Positions 31,501 to 42,672 of a stretch of DNA of 64,000 bases are shown one piece after another. A program made the translations under genes and the position numbers. Positions within the stretch are counted from its first letter, which is position 1. Each line of letters opens with the position of its first letter. Below the pieces are notes generated by a model. The model searched no databases. It saw only the letters and a list, made by a program, of their open reading frames with translations, and was not told where the DNA came from. Origin of the DNA: Macrostomum lignano. Lineage: Eukaryota. The stretch covers positions 36,061 to 100,060 of the forward strand of contig NIVC01003389.1 in assembly GCA_002269645.1 (NCBI GenBank), given 5' to 3'.

Positions 31501-31989
31501 CGAATAGTAGGGAGTTCGAACAGCGAGGGCAGAGCAAAGGTCGAAGAAATTTATCTTGTCAATGGCCCATCCACTGCCATTAGCGTTGTACACGTCTACT
31601 CTCTGCTCTAACTCTGCAAATCGCTGCCTCCACCAGTCATCAAATTCCTGCACATCAACCAGCATACAAAGATTTGTACTCATCCATTTGTTTTCAACAT
31701 TGACTGCTTCTGCTGCCTGCACCCGAATCATGCGCACGTTTAGCTTAATTTGTGCTCTTAGCGAACAGTTGTCAAAGGAGTCAAGACGAACTTCGAGATA
31801 CTGCAGAACCGCATATTTGACCAGGTCTAGAAACTCGAATGGATCAATGTCAGCTGTTGGGGTGAAGCGATGAATCTGCAGTACATCATCGTGGGCACTG
31901 TTCACCAAGGAGATAACACATGAAGACCCTAAAAATAAAATCGAGAGATAAGATAGTGAAAATCGAGAAACATAAACTGAGAATCTCAT
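28522..31989 (-). CDS. polB: Protein-primed family B DNA polymerase with Zn-finger and endonuclease-VII-like insert; truncated at ~28547
   Basis: ExoI VYADFEAL, C..C..DHDHLSGEFRGAAC..CN, ExoII FHNLKGYD, Pol A DANNLYG, Pol B KLKNNALFGKT, Pol C GGDTDS, then KDE. Confidence 0.95.
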   Translation of the reverse strand: MRFSVYVSRFSLSYLSILFLGSSCVISLVNSAHDDVLQIHRFTPTADIDPFEFLDLVKYAVLQYLEVRLDSFDNCSLRAQIKLNVRMIRVQAAEAVNVENKWMSTNLCMLVDVQEFDDWWRQRFAELEQRVDVYNANGSGWAIDKINFFDLCSALAVRTPYYSGRAAGFSLPTALFQKKAVISPPSSGENCFVYACLAFLHKDHCRIKKSAQRESSYTEWLDEINITGLSLPINLYDLSAVEELNPTLCFTVFTWENEAAEVLRQPSAATMRERTVVLLMFLPPSTNENSAGGHWCAVSNINRLLNSKAHLYQRKWCERCLLSFHTSKAFDEHCEDVCEPGGIFVQEELPDEDHNVLRFTAWEKTISPPFIVYADFEALNAPHTGQQTEAGSSTVKLTEHVAVAAGYLVVHRAGLTGLSPIGVDNDVNIFVSENPKKCVSDFLQSLEQLAREVYGWNTEFSHQTAIRTEAAKQRFRDAISCHYCGSGFDSESGKHWDHDHLSGEFRGAACAQCNMQARLKRRFLPVVFHNLKGYDLHLIMSTALDLMDGWRISVIPQNPEQFVSMKVDFKIDEYERGGKTKPLFFTIQFIDSNQFLNASLAQLIKNLPEEECTITSLLKSKFPLLSPEVLFRKCTFPYDYLTNSNVLEDTELPSKEQFYNVLTKSHCSDEDYRHAQKAWHEFQVKTLKEYMLCYLELDIRQLADVFENFRRLSLRDDGLDPVHFVSTPGLSFASALKSLKSRIELITDSQMYATFERGIRGGMSFVNIHRVSANSPDIRKNLEAADNQTICNDNDDDDDDDCHDEGADQAVPTELLAVDANNLYGQALTMNLPANGFRWLSEDELQLWTEDRIRGLKISDPIAYLLDVDLLYPAEIHSTTEDLPFAPEKEAPKFKEFPAYMRQLWRQITGDKAAYRSAEKLLLTCHDKQSYVLHSAILAFYLSHGMKIKRINRMIEYKQEPIFADYVNMNSVKRAAATNSFEKDYYKLKNNALFGKTMENVRKRRDIRICTNTAKAKVLASKPSIKNFIIITDSLSIIEFQKTKVKLDRPIFIGQCVLDYSKLIMYELFYDKLKPWLEQEGARVRLCGGDTDSLFLCIQNMDVQSEVLPLLKAKKLLDTSNYSPEHPLFSNELKARLGCIKDEGAGAPFDTVLVG

Positions 31990-32089
31990 GATTGCTTATA
32001 AATCCAGCTCAATTAGCTATTCATAATAATCGATGTCTGTATGCAGAATCGAGGAGGGTGTTTTTGGATGTATACAATCGATATAGGTG

Positions 32090-32295
32090 TGCAGAGGTGT
32101 GCGAAGTCGAGGTGGGGTGTCCAGAGTCGAGGTGTGGTGTCCAGAGTCGAGGTGGGGTGTCCGGAGTCGAAGAAGGGATGTGCAGAGTCGAGGAGGGGGT
32201 GTGCGGAGTCGAGGAGTGGGTGTGCGGAGTCGAGGAGGGGGTGTGAAGAGTCGAGGAGGGGGTGTGCAGAGTCGAGGACGGGGATGTGCAGAGTC
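32090..32295 (+). repeat. ~21-bp minisatellite inside the Polinton (gagtcgaggagggggtgtgca)
   Basis: Tandem units upstream of the polB start. Confidence 0.85.
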
Positions 32296-33261
32296 AGGGT
32301 TGGTGTACGGACTCGGGGTGGGCGGGTGTTATTACGCATTAATTAAAACTGAATTAGTTACACATTTCGAGTTGAAGGTTTAAAATTTTTCCACTTCAAA
32401 TATTGGTAAGAAAATAATTGATTTTTTACATTAACAGAGTGGCAAAACTCACCTGTCCCTTCACCTGCTCTTCGCCTAGAACATGTTGTAGGATCCTGCA
32501 TGTTGCGACTGCCGGCTGCCAGGCAATGCTGATGCAGATTTGTCTGCTTCCAGCTTCGAATTGATCAATTTTAAGGCCAATGGCAATGCTTAGCTTAAAA
32601 AGGAATAATTAAGAAAAATGCAAAGTAGAGATCGAATCTAGTTAAGATGCTCTTATTCTATTCGCGATATTGAGACTTAGCAACGAGCACCAAGCTATAG
32701 AAAAGCAGCCCGCGGATAGTAAAAACCTCAAAATCAAAACTAATAGTCGAGTAATGCGAATAGGTTGCCATGATGCGATAGCTTTTAGCATCAAATCCAC
32801 CGATACGAGTTGATTTGCTATTTTTCTGTCTAGTTTGCGTTTTTTCTAAAAATAATTAAGTGTGTATTATGAGAAAAAAACAATGCAAAAACAACGTGTA
32901 TTTGGTATAAACGGCTTTGTAGCAAGAAAATAATTTAGAAGAAGAAACTTTTATTTAGCATTAAATTACAAACTTTCTGCATAGAAAGCAGTATAATTCA
33001 TTATAAGCTACCATGTACATTCTTGCTCTCCTAATAACTAAATATTGGTATCAAAGAGCCTCCAGCTTGATAAACTGCTTAGCCCAGCCCAACGAGATAA
33101 ATCACAGGTAACATGCACTGAAAAGATTAATTTAATTTAAGCAGTTTTTAACTTCTTTTAGAGCTCCTCCCCTTATCAAAAGTCCACTCATTTTTGTAGA
33201 ACTTTTTTGTGTGCAAAAAATTCGTTTCCCTTGCCAACAAAATACTCCAGGCTAAAGCAAA

Positions 33262-33846
33262 TTAAGAGTTACTCAAGCGAATACGGATCCCCCCTCCAAA
33301 GTCAATTGAGTACTCGCCCACAACGCTACTCGGTAGGACGAATTGAAGGCAAACTGACGGTGCAGCCATCGGTTCAGCGGCTTGGACTCCTGCTGATTGT
33401 TGAACCACCGGTGGGGTAGCATGAGGTTCGACTCCTGCTGATTGTGGAAACTCTGGTACCACCGGTGGGGTAGCATGAGGTTCGAAATCTCGTAGGAGAT
33501 CAGACAGGCTGGCATCCGCCATCATTCCAGCCATATTTTTTCCAGCGACTGGAACAGCCCTGTGCGGTGGCTGCTGCTCGACCGTGGCTTTTTCGTTCGT
33601 CTCCTCCGGCTCCAACTCGTGCTCCTCAAAGAAAGCCGTGTCCAATTCTGGCGGAGCAACAAAATCAGCGGCAGCAGCATCATCGTCATGGCGATTTACC
33701 GGTGTCTGAAGACTGAGAGCACCAGCCGCTGGAACGTCAACGCTGGCAGCTTGATGGTCGATGCCAGCAGGTCCAGAAGCAGCAGCTGGATAGTCGACGC
33801 TGGCAGGTCCAGGAAGGCTGGCAATCTTTTGAATACGCCGCCAACT
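33262..33846 (-). CDS. Orphan Polinton reading frame (acidic, Pro/Ala-rich); start uncertain
   Basis: The frame of ORF 33262-33645 stays open upstream to a TAA at 33847-33849. Contains an internal EPHATPPVV duplication. No homology recognised. Confidence 0.4.
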   Translation of the reverse strand, partial: SWRRIQKIASLPGPASVDYPAAASGPAGIDHQAASVDVPAAGALSLQTPVNRHDDDAAAADFVAPPELDTAFFEEHELEPEETNEKATVEQQPPHRAVPVAGKNMAGMMADASLSDLLRDFEPHATPPVVPEFPQSAGVEPHATPPVVQQSAGVQAAEPMAAPSVCLQFVLPSSVVGEYSIDFGGGIRIRLSNS

Positions 33847-34133
33847 TTACCCCACCCAGTCGAGGGTGGCAATAAAACTACTGATAACTGAGCACTCTCT
33901 CCTTTCAGCAACAAAGCCGCCGCCGCCGCCAGCTCCCAGACAGCGGGAGAGAGAGAGGCTTGGCTACCACTATTTTTGTTTACAGAAGTTAGTTATTACC
34001 GATAAAATTATATAATAAAGTATTAGTATAATACTGAATACAATAAAATACCGCTGATATTTGCCAATCGTTCAACACAATTTCTAGAGATTCCCCTAGC
34101 TCGCCTCTGTGCATACTTGTGGATTCCCCCATG

Positions 34134-34286
34134 AGGTGCCTATGTACTCATTAGGAGTCTACGGAATTCCCATGGCTTTGCCTGCGGCAGAGTTGAGCTA
34201 TGCAAACACATAGGCGCCCTTCTGATCCGGGCCCACGGAATTTCCGTGGCTTTCCCTGCGGCAGAGTTGTGTTATCCTCTACTACT
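34134..34286 (-). repeat. Right terminal inverted repeat (153 bp)
   Basis: See left TIR. Confidence 0.95.
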
Positions 34287-35095
34287 ATTGGCGAATTATG
34301 ACGGCTAACTTTGAAGTTTAGTTCTGTCGCAGCGAGTCCCGGACTGTTGGTCGAACTCTCAAATATTGGCATGTTTTTATCAAATAAAGTAGTTTGAATC
34401 TTGAAAAATGTTTTGAGTAGCTATAAACAGATTAAATTAACACACTTCAGAAGTCAAACAATGCCTGGCTAAATACATTGAATGCCCGGCCAGTGAGTGT
34501 GTTGTGTTCACACCCACTGGGGGCAGGAGACAAACAAGCCACTGGATTGGCGGGCTTGCAGCATAAAATTAAGAATGCACAACTGAATGAGTAGGGCTTA
34601 TATGGAACTTCAATTTTTGCCTGTTCATCAACCAAGCACATTGTGTGAACTGCAAGATTTTATCACCCTCTGTGCGAATATAGTCACAATGAGAACTGCG
34701 AGAACGAGCAAGAAAGATAGAACTTTGACTTGCCAAGCAGGCGTGTACACAGTGCTGACCTGAAGTACGAGCTGTGTGCATACTCGACAGAAAGGGAACT
34801 TCTACTTTTGATAAACATTAGATTCATAAATATAAGTTGTTAACTAATACAATACCAAATCAATCTAAGCACCTACAAAGGTACAAGTGCAGAACAGCAA
34901 CCAGAGCGTCTCACTTCCGGGTACGAGTAAGTGCACGCATTATTGAGCCAACGGCTTTATTATTATACAATTGCAACTATGAAAGCCCTGCTATTATCAT
35001 ACGCATCCTTCTGAACTGAAAAGTGGCGTTTTATCTGCCTCTCTCGTTGCTGGGGGGTGCTTCTTTAATAACATTTGACTTTGCCTTTTAGAGAA

Positions 35096-36038
35096 ATGGC
35101 AACTCCAGCGAGTTCCTCACTTGGCAAGGATTTGGAGAGTCTTGGAAAAGCTTTCAATGCATGTGTAATGATAAACTGAGATTGGCGAAGAACTTAAAAA
35201 GGCAAAAGAACAACTCAAGTCAGTCGATACTAGTGCAGACACCATCAACGTGACTTTGCTGCCCTTTCGTGAATTTAAAGACGTTGTGAAGGACTGCCTT
35301 CGCATTGCCGAATCGTTGCATAGTCAAGAGGCAGGCATTGCCGAAGATCACTCAAAATGTTTCGAAGAGATGAAAAACATTGCGAATTCGGGAACTCTGA
35401 CAAATGAAAATGTTGAAAGCATGAAAAACGCGTTGACCAAGCTCGTCGAAGACTTCGAAAGATTCGGGCGTGACTTGGATGAATTTGTGGAGCGCATAAA
35501 AAAGTTGCAGAGAGTGTCGGAGAGAGTGAAAGATGAGACACCTCGGGAGGAAGAGACAGTTGAAAAGAGGCGGCCAGCACGAGATCGGAGGCCGACTGGA
35601 ACAATTTTTATCAATGGATGGAATTAATCACCACATTTGGCCTCATCACTCAAACAAGCTACTATCAGGCCTCGGTAGATGCGAACAAGAGACGGTATGA
35701 TAGGGCAGAAGAACTGGATAATCTTTTAGGCTCGACAACTGCTGGACATCGCTCTGCGAACAATCAACGGTGTTGGGAAAAGAATCGGGAGCCGTCCTGT
35801 CCAGCTTACAAAAGAAGTAATTCAGCTTATCCAATCTGTTCTCCTACAATATCAGAAGATTGCTGAAGCTCAGCAACAGGCTCTCCAAGCTCAGAAGAAA
35901 AGCATTGAAGCAGAGGAGAAAGCCGCTATAACAGAGCAGGAGGTCGCTGAATTGAAGAAGAAGGAAGCTGAAGCGCAGGCAGAAAATGAACGCCTGCGAA
36001 GAGAGCTGGAGGAGTTGAAAAAAAACCAAGGAAAGTAG
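35096..36038 (+). pseudogene. Paralogue 1 of the MATPASS helical-protein family, frameshifted and partly deleted
   Basis: Collinear with 41169-42146, but frameshifts near 35170 and 35565 and a short deletion near 35728. Confidence 0.85.
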
Positions 36039-36264
36039 CCAGCTGATCGGCTTTATCTTGATATTTCAACTCGCCTGACATATTTTAATTGTTAAGTACG
36101 ATATATATTCCAATTCGTCAATATTTATACTGTAATAGTAGCTTGTACTGTAGTGTATTATTTGGACTTTTATTTTTTATCTGCAAGTGTGTGAGACTCA
36201 CAAGTTATCCTTAACGATATGATTGATTGCCTGAAATCTCTCTTTATTTGGCCGGCCATAGGTA

Positions 36265-37283
36265 ACCAACAGTTCAGTAACCAATAGTTCAGTGACCAAT
36301 AGTTCAGTGACCAATAGTTCAGTGACCAACAGTTCAGTGACCAATAGTTCAGTGACCAACAGTTCAGTGACCAACAGTTCAGTGACCAACAGTTCAGTGA
36401 CCAACAGTTCAGTGACCAACAGTTCAGTGACCAACAGTTCAGTGACCAATAGTTCAGTGACCAACAGTTCAGTAACCAATAGTTCAGTGACCAACAGTTC
36501 AGTGACCAACAGTTCAGTGACCAATAGTTCAGTGACCAACAGTTCAGTAACCAATAGTTCAGTGACCAACAGTTCAGTGACCAACAGTTCAGTGACCAAT
36601 AGTTCAGTGACCAACAGTTCAGTGACCAATAGTTCAGTGACCAATAGTTCAGTGACCAACAGTTCAGTGACCAATAGTTCAGTGACCAACAGTTCAGTGA
36701 CCAATAGTTCAGTGACCAATAGTTCAGTGACCAATAGTTCAGTGACCAATAGTTCAGTGACCAATAGTTCAGTGACCAACAGTTCAGTGACCAATAGTTC
36801 AGTGACCAACAGTTCAGTGACCAATAGTTCAGTGACCAATAGTTCAGTGACCAACAGTTCAGTGACCAATAGTTCAGTGACCAACAGTTCAGTGACCAAT
36901 AGTTCAGTGACCAATAGTTCAGTGACCAATAGTTCAGTGACCAATAGTTCAGTGACCAACAGTTCAGTGACCAATAGTTCAGTGACCAATAGTTCAGTGA
37001 CCAACAGTTCAGTGACCAATAGTTCAGTGACCAATAGTTCAATGACCAATAGTTCAGTGACCAATAGTTCAGTGACCAATAGTTCAGTGACCAATAGTTC
37101 AGTGACCAATAGTTCAGTGACCAATAGTTCAGTGACCAATAGTTCAGTGACCAACAGTTCAGTGACCAATAGTTCAGTGACCAATAGTTCAGTGACCAAC
37201 AGTTCAGTGATCAATAGTTCAGTGACCAATAGTTCAGTGACCAATAGTTCAGTGACCAATAGCTAGTTCAGTGACCAACAATT
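36265..37283 (+). repeat. 15-bp minisatellite (agttcagtgaccaay)
   Basis: Homogeneous tandem array; source of the VTELL, TNSSV and NYWSL ORFs. Confidence 0.97.
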
Positions 37284-38950
37284 CAGTAAGAGATGCCTGG
37301 CTCAGACATTTGGCCACCTCAAAGTCCTCTCATCTGGCGGTAAGCCCTTACTCGAGTCGAAAAAATCAAAATAATGTAGACAGTCAGTGCTCACCTGGGA
37401 ATTTCAGTCAATCTACCAAACTCCATCCATACGCATCTGTCTGGCTACCCATTGTAGGATTGGGATGTACATTTAAGAGGGAAGTTCCACCTTCTACGAG
37501 CGCATGCAGTACAGTACAATGTACAATCGTACTGCAATGGATACAGAGACAAAGGAGAGTGCATATCAAGCAATAGCAATTAGGAGGAACTTCCTCCTGG
37601 GCATTTTTAGCGATCCTACGCAAATTGAGTAAGCCATATTGAATAGCTTATGTAATGCTAAATGTAAAGGACTTGGCGTTATGCATACAAACAACCTTGG
37701 AAGTTTTTTTAAGTTCCATTGTCCGATAGTTATTCTACTAAGCAGATCTTCAATGCGTTCCTGGAAATGTTCTCAGGTCTTGCTTACGACTTAGTTTATA
37801 TAGGTCAGAGTAGGGATTTTTTTAAATACGTTTTAATTTGAGTAGCTATTATTTGCATTTGGACAACTATTTTAACAGCTGCACTGATTTTCTCCGATCT
37901 GAGAACTCTCCTCAGATCTCAGCCCCAAGTGACGAATGCAATTTACACCACGCACGCGGTTCTTTGTTGTCTCAACTGTGTGGAAGATGCAATTGCGTCA
38001 CAATGCCCCAGGAGAGACTGGAGAATTGTGGCTAAGAGTTGGATTAAAGCTTAAGCATGTTGCTGGGGTGTGAATGGGTGGACTCAGACACTGAGATCTT
38101 TTCTCAGATTTTCAGTAAGAGTGACGCGATTTAAACCCACGGCCTTTACGCTACAATCGTGGTGAAAACGGACAGATTAAAAGTGAACCAATAGGGCTTA
38201 TTCATGGAGGAAAAGAAAGGTCTATGCACCATGGACATTGGATTAAAGCTGCTAGTCAATTTTTCTGTTCTGTGCACTCGTGATGGCCCCGGCCACATGA
38301 CAGGCTGTGAGTGTAATGGCGCGCGCTGAGGACATGCTGGAAGTTTTCATGTTAACGCGGCCTGTCGCTTGCCAATATGTTCGATTGTGCAGTGCAAACT
38401 GGAGACTGCAGAGACAGTGTGGAGACTCGACAGGCAGCATCTGGAATTCGGTGCTGGATCGGCAGATCTTTTTTCCGATAAACAAATTTATTTTCAGTCC
38501 GGTTGGGCCCGTGAGATGGTTTAAGCATGGGCAGCCGAAGTACTTGTAGCATGTCGCAGGACGATTTTCTTAGAAAGCTGGAAAGGAACGTAAACTTATC
38601 GTTTCGCCAGTGAATTTAGTGAGCTCTCGAGAACGCATTGCGCTGAATGAGGTTTCGCCATAGACAAATCTAGGACAACGCAATTAGGATTGACGGAAAG
38701 CTACGTTTCTTGGAAAATTTTAAGAGGCAAGTTTTCCGAAAAATGCGCACATTACGTACCTCATGGAATTGAGCTGCACAATTAAGCCATGAAAAGCCCG
38801 ACTCATTGTCCACTGAGCTGAGCAGCTCTGACCCTGTTTAGAGGATGTAGTAGCCCGGTTGGATGGGTAATAATACCTTCTTAATCTTTTTTACATTTAT
38901 CTACCTTTATTGGTTTACTTGCATGAAGCGCATACGAGTTCATAAGAGAA

Positions 38951-39266
38951 GAGGTTGTAGCCAAGTGGCTAGAGCGTCGGACTCACAACTGAAAGGTCGG
39001 GGGTTCGATTCTCGACCCAATCAGAACAATTTGTGTCCTTGAGCAAACACTTAACTCTGCATTGCTTCAGTTCACCCAGCTGTAAAATGGGTGCCAGCAT
39101 TAGCTGGGGTAATTGAGGGTGTGTGTGAGGACCCCCCCCCCCCCAGTCCTTGGGCTGAACAGCCCGCAGCCTTCAGATGCGCTGCGCAATAGCTGCGGCT
39201 GAGCTGTCGGTTGCACATCTGCCCTTTTGGGCAGGTGTAAAAAATTATTTTGTTACTATTATTATA
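38951..39266 (+). mobile_element. tRNA-derived SINE with CORE-like central domain
   Basis: A box tagccaagtgg, B box ggttcgattc. Central tgtgtccttgagcaaacacttaac..cagctgtaaaatggg resembles the MIR CORE. AT-rich tail. Related copies at 56200 and 58410. Confidence 0.8.
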
Positions 39267-39610
39267 AGAGTTCGAAATTAAGGAAACGATGCATTGATAA
39301 TGTGGGTTATGCTTCTTCTAAAAACAGTTCGCAAAATGTTAGGTATGAATTTTTACTTCAGAATGTATTGCTTTATTATCAAGATGAACGATATTAAAGA
39401 GTAATAATTTTTGCTCGAAAATAATTAATTTTTATTGTAGAATCCCATTAATCATGTGCGACAATTTTAGACCCATGTATCCAAGGCATAGATCTTATAT
39501 TCTTTGATCCAAGAACAAGTCTTAGCGTTAGATTTGAAGTTCAGTTCTATTAAAGTATAGTTTCATGTTCACATCAGTTCGCTCCTCGGTAGTTCTCGAC
39601 GTCCCAGCTG

Positions 39611-40474
39611 TCACGGTCTCGTCCCGCGCTTCACTTCGGCGAACCGCCTCTCCTGCCATTTGTCGAGCTCGTTGAACTTCTCAAAGTTGCGCCGGGCCTC
39701 CATCACAGCCGTCTCACTTGCAGCCGCGGCCAGGTCCCGCACCAGCTGGCTGTGGTCGGACCTGGCAAAGTCCGGACATTCCCGTCCGATCTCGTCCACC
39801 TCCGGGTCCAGTCCAGCCGCCAGTCTGCACAGACAGGCCTGGAACGCGTGCTTTCTGGCGCTGAGCAGCTCGTGCTTCTCAGCGTGCCTCGTCAGCTCCT
39901 TGAACTCGTTGGCAGCTTGCTTCCAATCGCCCTTGTCAGCCAGGATCTTGGCTCTCTCTTCGCGGCACTCGGCCTCGTTCGCTGGACTATTTTCCATTCT
40001 GTATAGATCAGCCGCCTTGGCATAGTGTCTGGCTGCCAGGCTCTGAGCAGACTCTTGTGGCTCCTTCTCCAAGGCTTGGCGCTCCTGCTGATCGAGCTGC
40101 GAGTGGCCGCCAACATCAGTTCAGAGAAGGTGTCCGGGCATCTTGCGCTCCAGACTCACCGCCCACTCTGCGACATTCTTGTGCATTCCGGCAGCAAAGT
40201 TTAAGTGGCCCAGCTCACCGTGGATTCCAGCCGCCTCCTTCAGTGCCAGAATCGCTAGGCGTGCGTCATGCTTGACGAAGCAGTTGGCCGCCTCGCTCAG
40301 ACACTTTGCCACCTCAAATTCTTCCCTCTTCTGACGGTAGAGCTCAGCGGCTTCAATGAATTTTCTACCTGCTGGAGTCCAGTCCTGCTTCAGCTTGAGC
40401 TTGTTGGCTTTTTTGACGGTACTTTCGGGCGAACTCTCAAATGCTGTAAATACTGACATGATTTTATCAAACAA
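39611..40474 (-). CDS. Divergent alpha-SNAP (NSF attachment protein)-like protein; exons 40474-40160 and 40096-39611, 266 aa
   Basis: QDWTPAGRKFIEAAEL, HYAKAADLY, SARKHAFQACLC and FNELDKW align with NAPA KNWSAAGNAFCQAAQL, HYEQSADYY, SAKDYFFKAALC and ISRLDQW. A 63-nt GTGAGT..CGCAG intron removes the in-frame TGA. Confidence 0.88.
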
Positions 40475-41168
40475 ATGTGGTTTGAGTGGTGAAAACTGTT
40501 GCGGGTATACTCTTAAATGGATTAAATTAGTGCGCTTCAGGAGACAAAAGTGTCAGGCATAGGCATTTGTATAGTGGAATGTGAACGAAATATGGACTGC
40601 GCGGGGCAGGAGACAACAAGCCACTGGATTGACCCGCTTTCAGCATCAATGTAAGAATGCACAGCTACGAGTAGATGAGCACGGCTAATATGAAAGTTCA
40701 GTTCTGTCTGTGCATCAACCGAGCACACTGTGTGTACTGCAAGATTTTTCGCCCTCTATGTACGAATAATTGACACAATAGAGAACTGCGAGACCGAGCA
40801 AGAAAATGGAACGTCGACTTGCCAAGCAGACGCGTACACACTGCTGGCCTTGAGCACGAGTTGTGTACTCGTACATAGTCGACAGAAAAGGAACCTCTAC
40901 TTTTCAGAAGCATTGATATAAATGGTTGGCCAAAGCAATCCAAGCACTTACAAAGTTGCAAGGGCAGAACAGCAACGGGAGCGTCTCATTCTGGGTAAGT
41001 GCGCGCATTCTTGAAATAGTAGCTATAATTATAACGGTATGCAATTATGGCAATCCTGCTAATATGAGAGGCATATTTTTGAACCGATAATCGGATTTTA
41101 TCTGGTTCTGTCGTTAATTACCGTCGTTGATCATATTTTTTAAATGATTGACTTTGCCTTTTAGAGAA

Positions 41169-42146
41169 ATGGCAACTCCAGCGAGTTCATCACTTGGCAA
41201 GGATTTGGAGAGTCTTGGAAAAGCTTTAAATGCATGTAAGAAGATACAAGAGATTAACAAAAATCTTAAAAGGGCAAAAGAACAGCTCAAGTCGGTAGAG
41301 AATGGTGCAGACTCCATCAACGTGGCTTTGCCAACCCTTCAGAAATTTAAAAACGCGGTGAGGGACTGCCTTCGCATTGCTGAATCGTTGTATGGACAAG
41401 TGACGGGCATCGCCAAGGATCACTCAAAATGCCTGGAAGAGCTGAAAAAAACTGCGAATTCGGGAACTCTGACAAATGAAAATGTTGAAAGCATGAAAAA
41501 CGCATTGACCAAGCTCGTCGAAGACTTCGAACGATTCGGACGTGAATTGGGTGAATTTGTGGAGCACACAAAAGAGTTGCGCAGAGTGTCGGAGAGAGTG
41601 AACGATGAGGCATCTCGGGAGAAAGAGAAATTTCGAAAAGAGGCGGCCAGCACGAGATCGGAGGCCAACTGGAAAAATTTTTATCAATGGATGGAATTAA
41701 TCAACACATTTGGCCTCATCACTTTAACTAGCTACTATCAGGACTCGGTAGATGCGAACAGTAGCCAATATAAGAAGGTAGATGAACTGGATAAACTTTT
41801 TCGAAAGTTTGAGAAGGCTCGAAAACTGCTGGACGTCGCTCTGCAAAAAATCAACGGTGTTGGGGAAAGAATCGGGAGCCGTCCTGTCCAGCTTACAGAA
41901 GATGTAATTCAGATTATCCAATCTGTTCTCCTGCAATACGAGAAAATTTCTGAAGCTCAGCAACAGGCTGCCCAATCTCAGCAACAGGCTGCCCAATCTC
42001 AGCAACAGGCTGCCCAATCTCAGCAGAAAACCGTTGAAGCAGAGGAAAGAGCCGCTAGAGCAGAGGAGGAGAATGCTAAAATGAAGGAAGAACTGGAACG
42101 CATGCGGAAGAAGATGGAGGCGATGAAGAAAAACCAAGGAAAGTAG
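41169..42146 (+). CDS. Paralogue 2 (intact, 325 aa) of an unassigned alpha-helical protein with one hydrophobic segment and a Q-rich coiled-coil tail
   Basis: Intact ORF. A conserved ttgccttttag acceptor lies just before the ATG in all three paralogues. A conserved upstream donor-like site lies near 40995. Confidence 0.8.
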   Translation: MATPASSSLGKDLESLGKALNACKKIQEINKNLKRAKEQLKSVENGADSINVALPTLQKFKNAVRDCLRIAESLYGQVTGIAKDHSKCLEELKKTANSGTLTNENVESMKNALTKLVEDFERFGRELGEFVEHTKELRRVSERVNDEASREKEKFRKEAASTRSEANWKNFYQWMELINTFGLITLTSYYQDSVDANSSQYKKVDELDKLFRKFEKARKLLDVALQKINGVGERIGSRPVQLTEDVIQIIQSVLLQYEKISEAQQQAAQSQQQAAQSQQQAAQSQQKTVEAEERAARAEEENAKMKEELERMRKKMEAMKKNQGK

Positions 42147-42672
42147 CAAGCTGATTGGCTTCTTATTCTGGACTCGCTGACTGAAAAAAGTTTTAATTTT
42201 TACTTCAGACTTTGCCTCTGAATGAAGCGCTGAAATCGTGTTTTTTAATAATCTTATGCCGAGAAACATTTTTGGACTAAAACAAACGTAGTAGCTCTCC
42301 ATATATAAAATCACCAGCCTCAGTGTGTCTTCTTTTGAACCTAATATTTCAACTCGCTCGAGATTCTTTTAATTGTCAAGTAAGATATTCATTCTAATTC
42401 GTCAATATTTATGCTAAAATATTAGCTCACATTTTAGTGTATTATTGGTCATTTTATTTTTTATCTGCTAGTATGTGAGTCTCACAAGTTATCCTTAACG
42501 ATATGATTAATTGCCTGGAATTTTTCTCTTTATTTTACCGGCCATTGCTTACACTTTTTTTGTTTGCTGTGAGTTGTTATTAAAAAAAATCTATTTTTCA
42601 TAAAAAATCTGCAAAAGCGAAGTGAAAAGAAATCACGTTATTAGCAGTTCATTTAATGAAAAAATATTGAAG

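Larger units (their letters stand above)
18757..34286. mobile_element. Full-length Polinton/Maverick (adintovirus-like) element, 15.5 kb
   Basis: Starts AGTAGTAGAGG and ends CCTCTACTACT. Identical 6-bp flanks ATTGGC at 18751-18756 and 34287-34292. TIRs at 18757-18911 and 34134-34286. Contains INT, capsids, PRO, ATPase and pPolB. Confidence 0.97.

Noticed and set aside
36170-37266. Long ORFs (VTELL, TNSSV, NYWSL repeats), and likewise the PDPQLQG, REAGEV, SHTIS, MRLDQ, LSSP and MDTVIPESW ORFs elsewhere
   Set aside because: They are translations of stop-free tandem repeats, often open in several frames or on both strands, and lie in introns or intergenic DNA.
38307-38549. Small ORF shared with 44924-45199 as a conserved gene
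   Set aside because: The similarity is explained by the segmental duplication; the two ORFs differ in start, frame and end, and show no recognisable motif.
38953-39025. tRNA gene
   Set aside because: It has A and B boxes but no convincing cloverleaf or acceptor stem, and continues into a SINE body found in three copies. The similar tRNA-like heads near 50635 and 53720 were too degenerate to call.
40121-40123. In-frame TGA in the alpha-SNAP ORF suggesting readthrough or selenocysteine
   Set aside because: It lies inside a 63-nt GTGAGT..CGCAG intron (40159-40097); splicing also removes a segment that does not align to alpha-SNAP.
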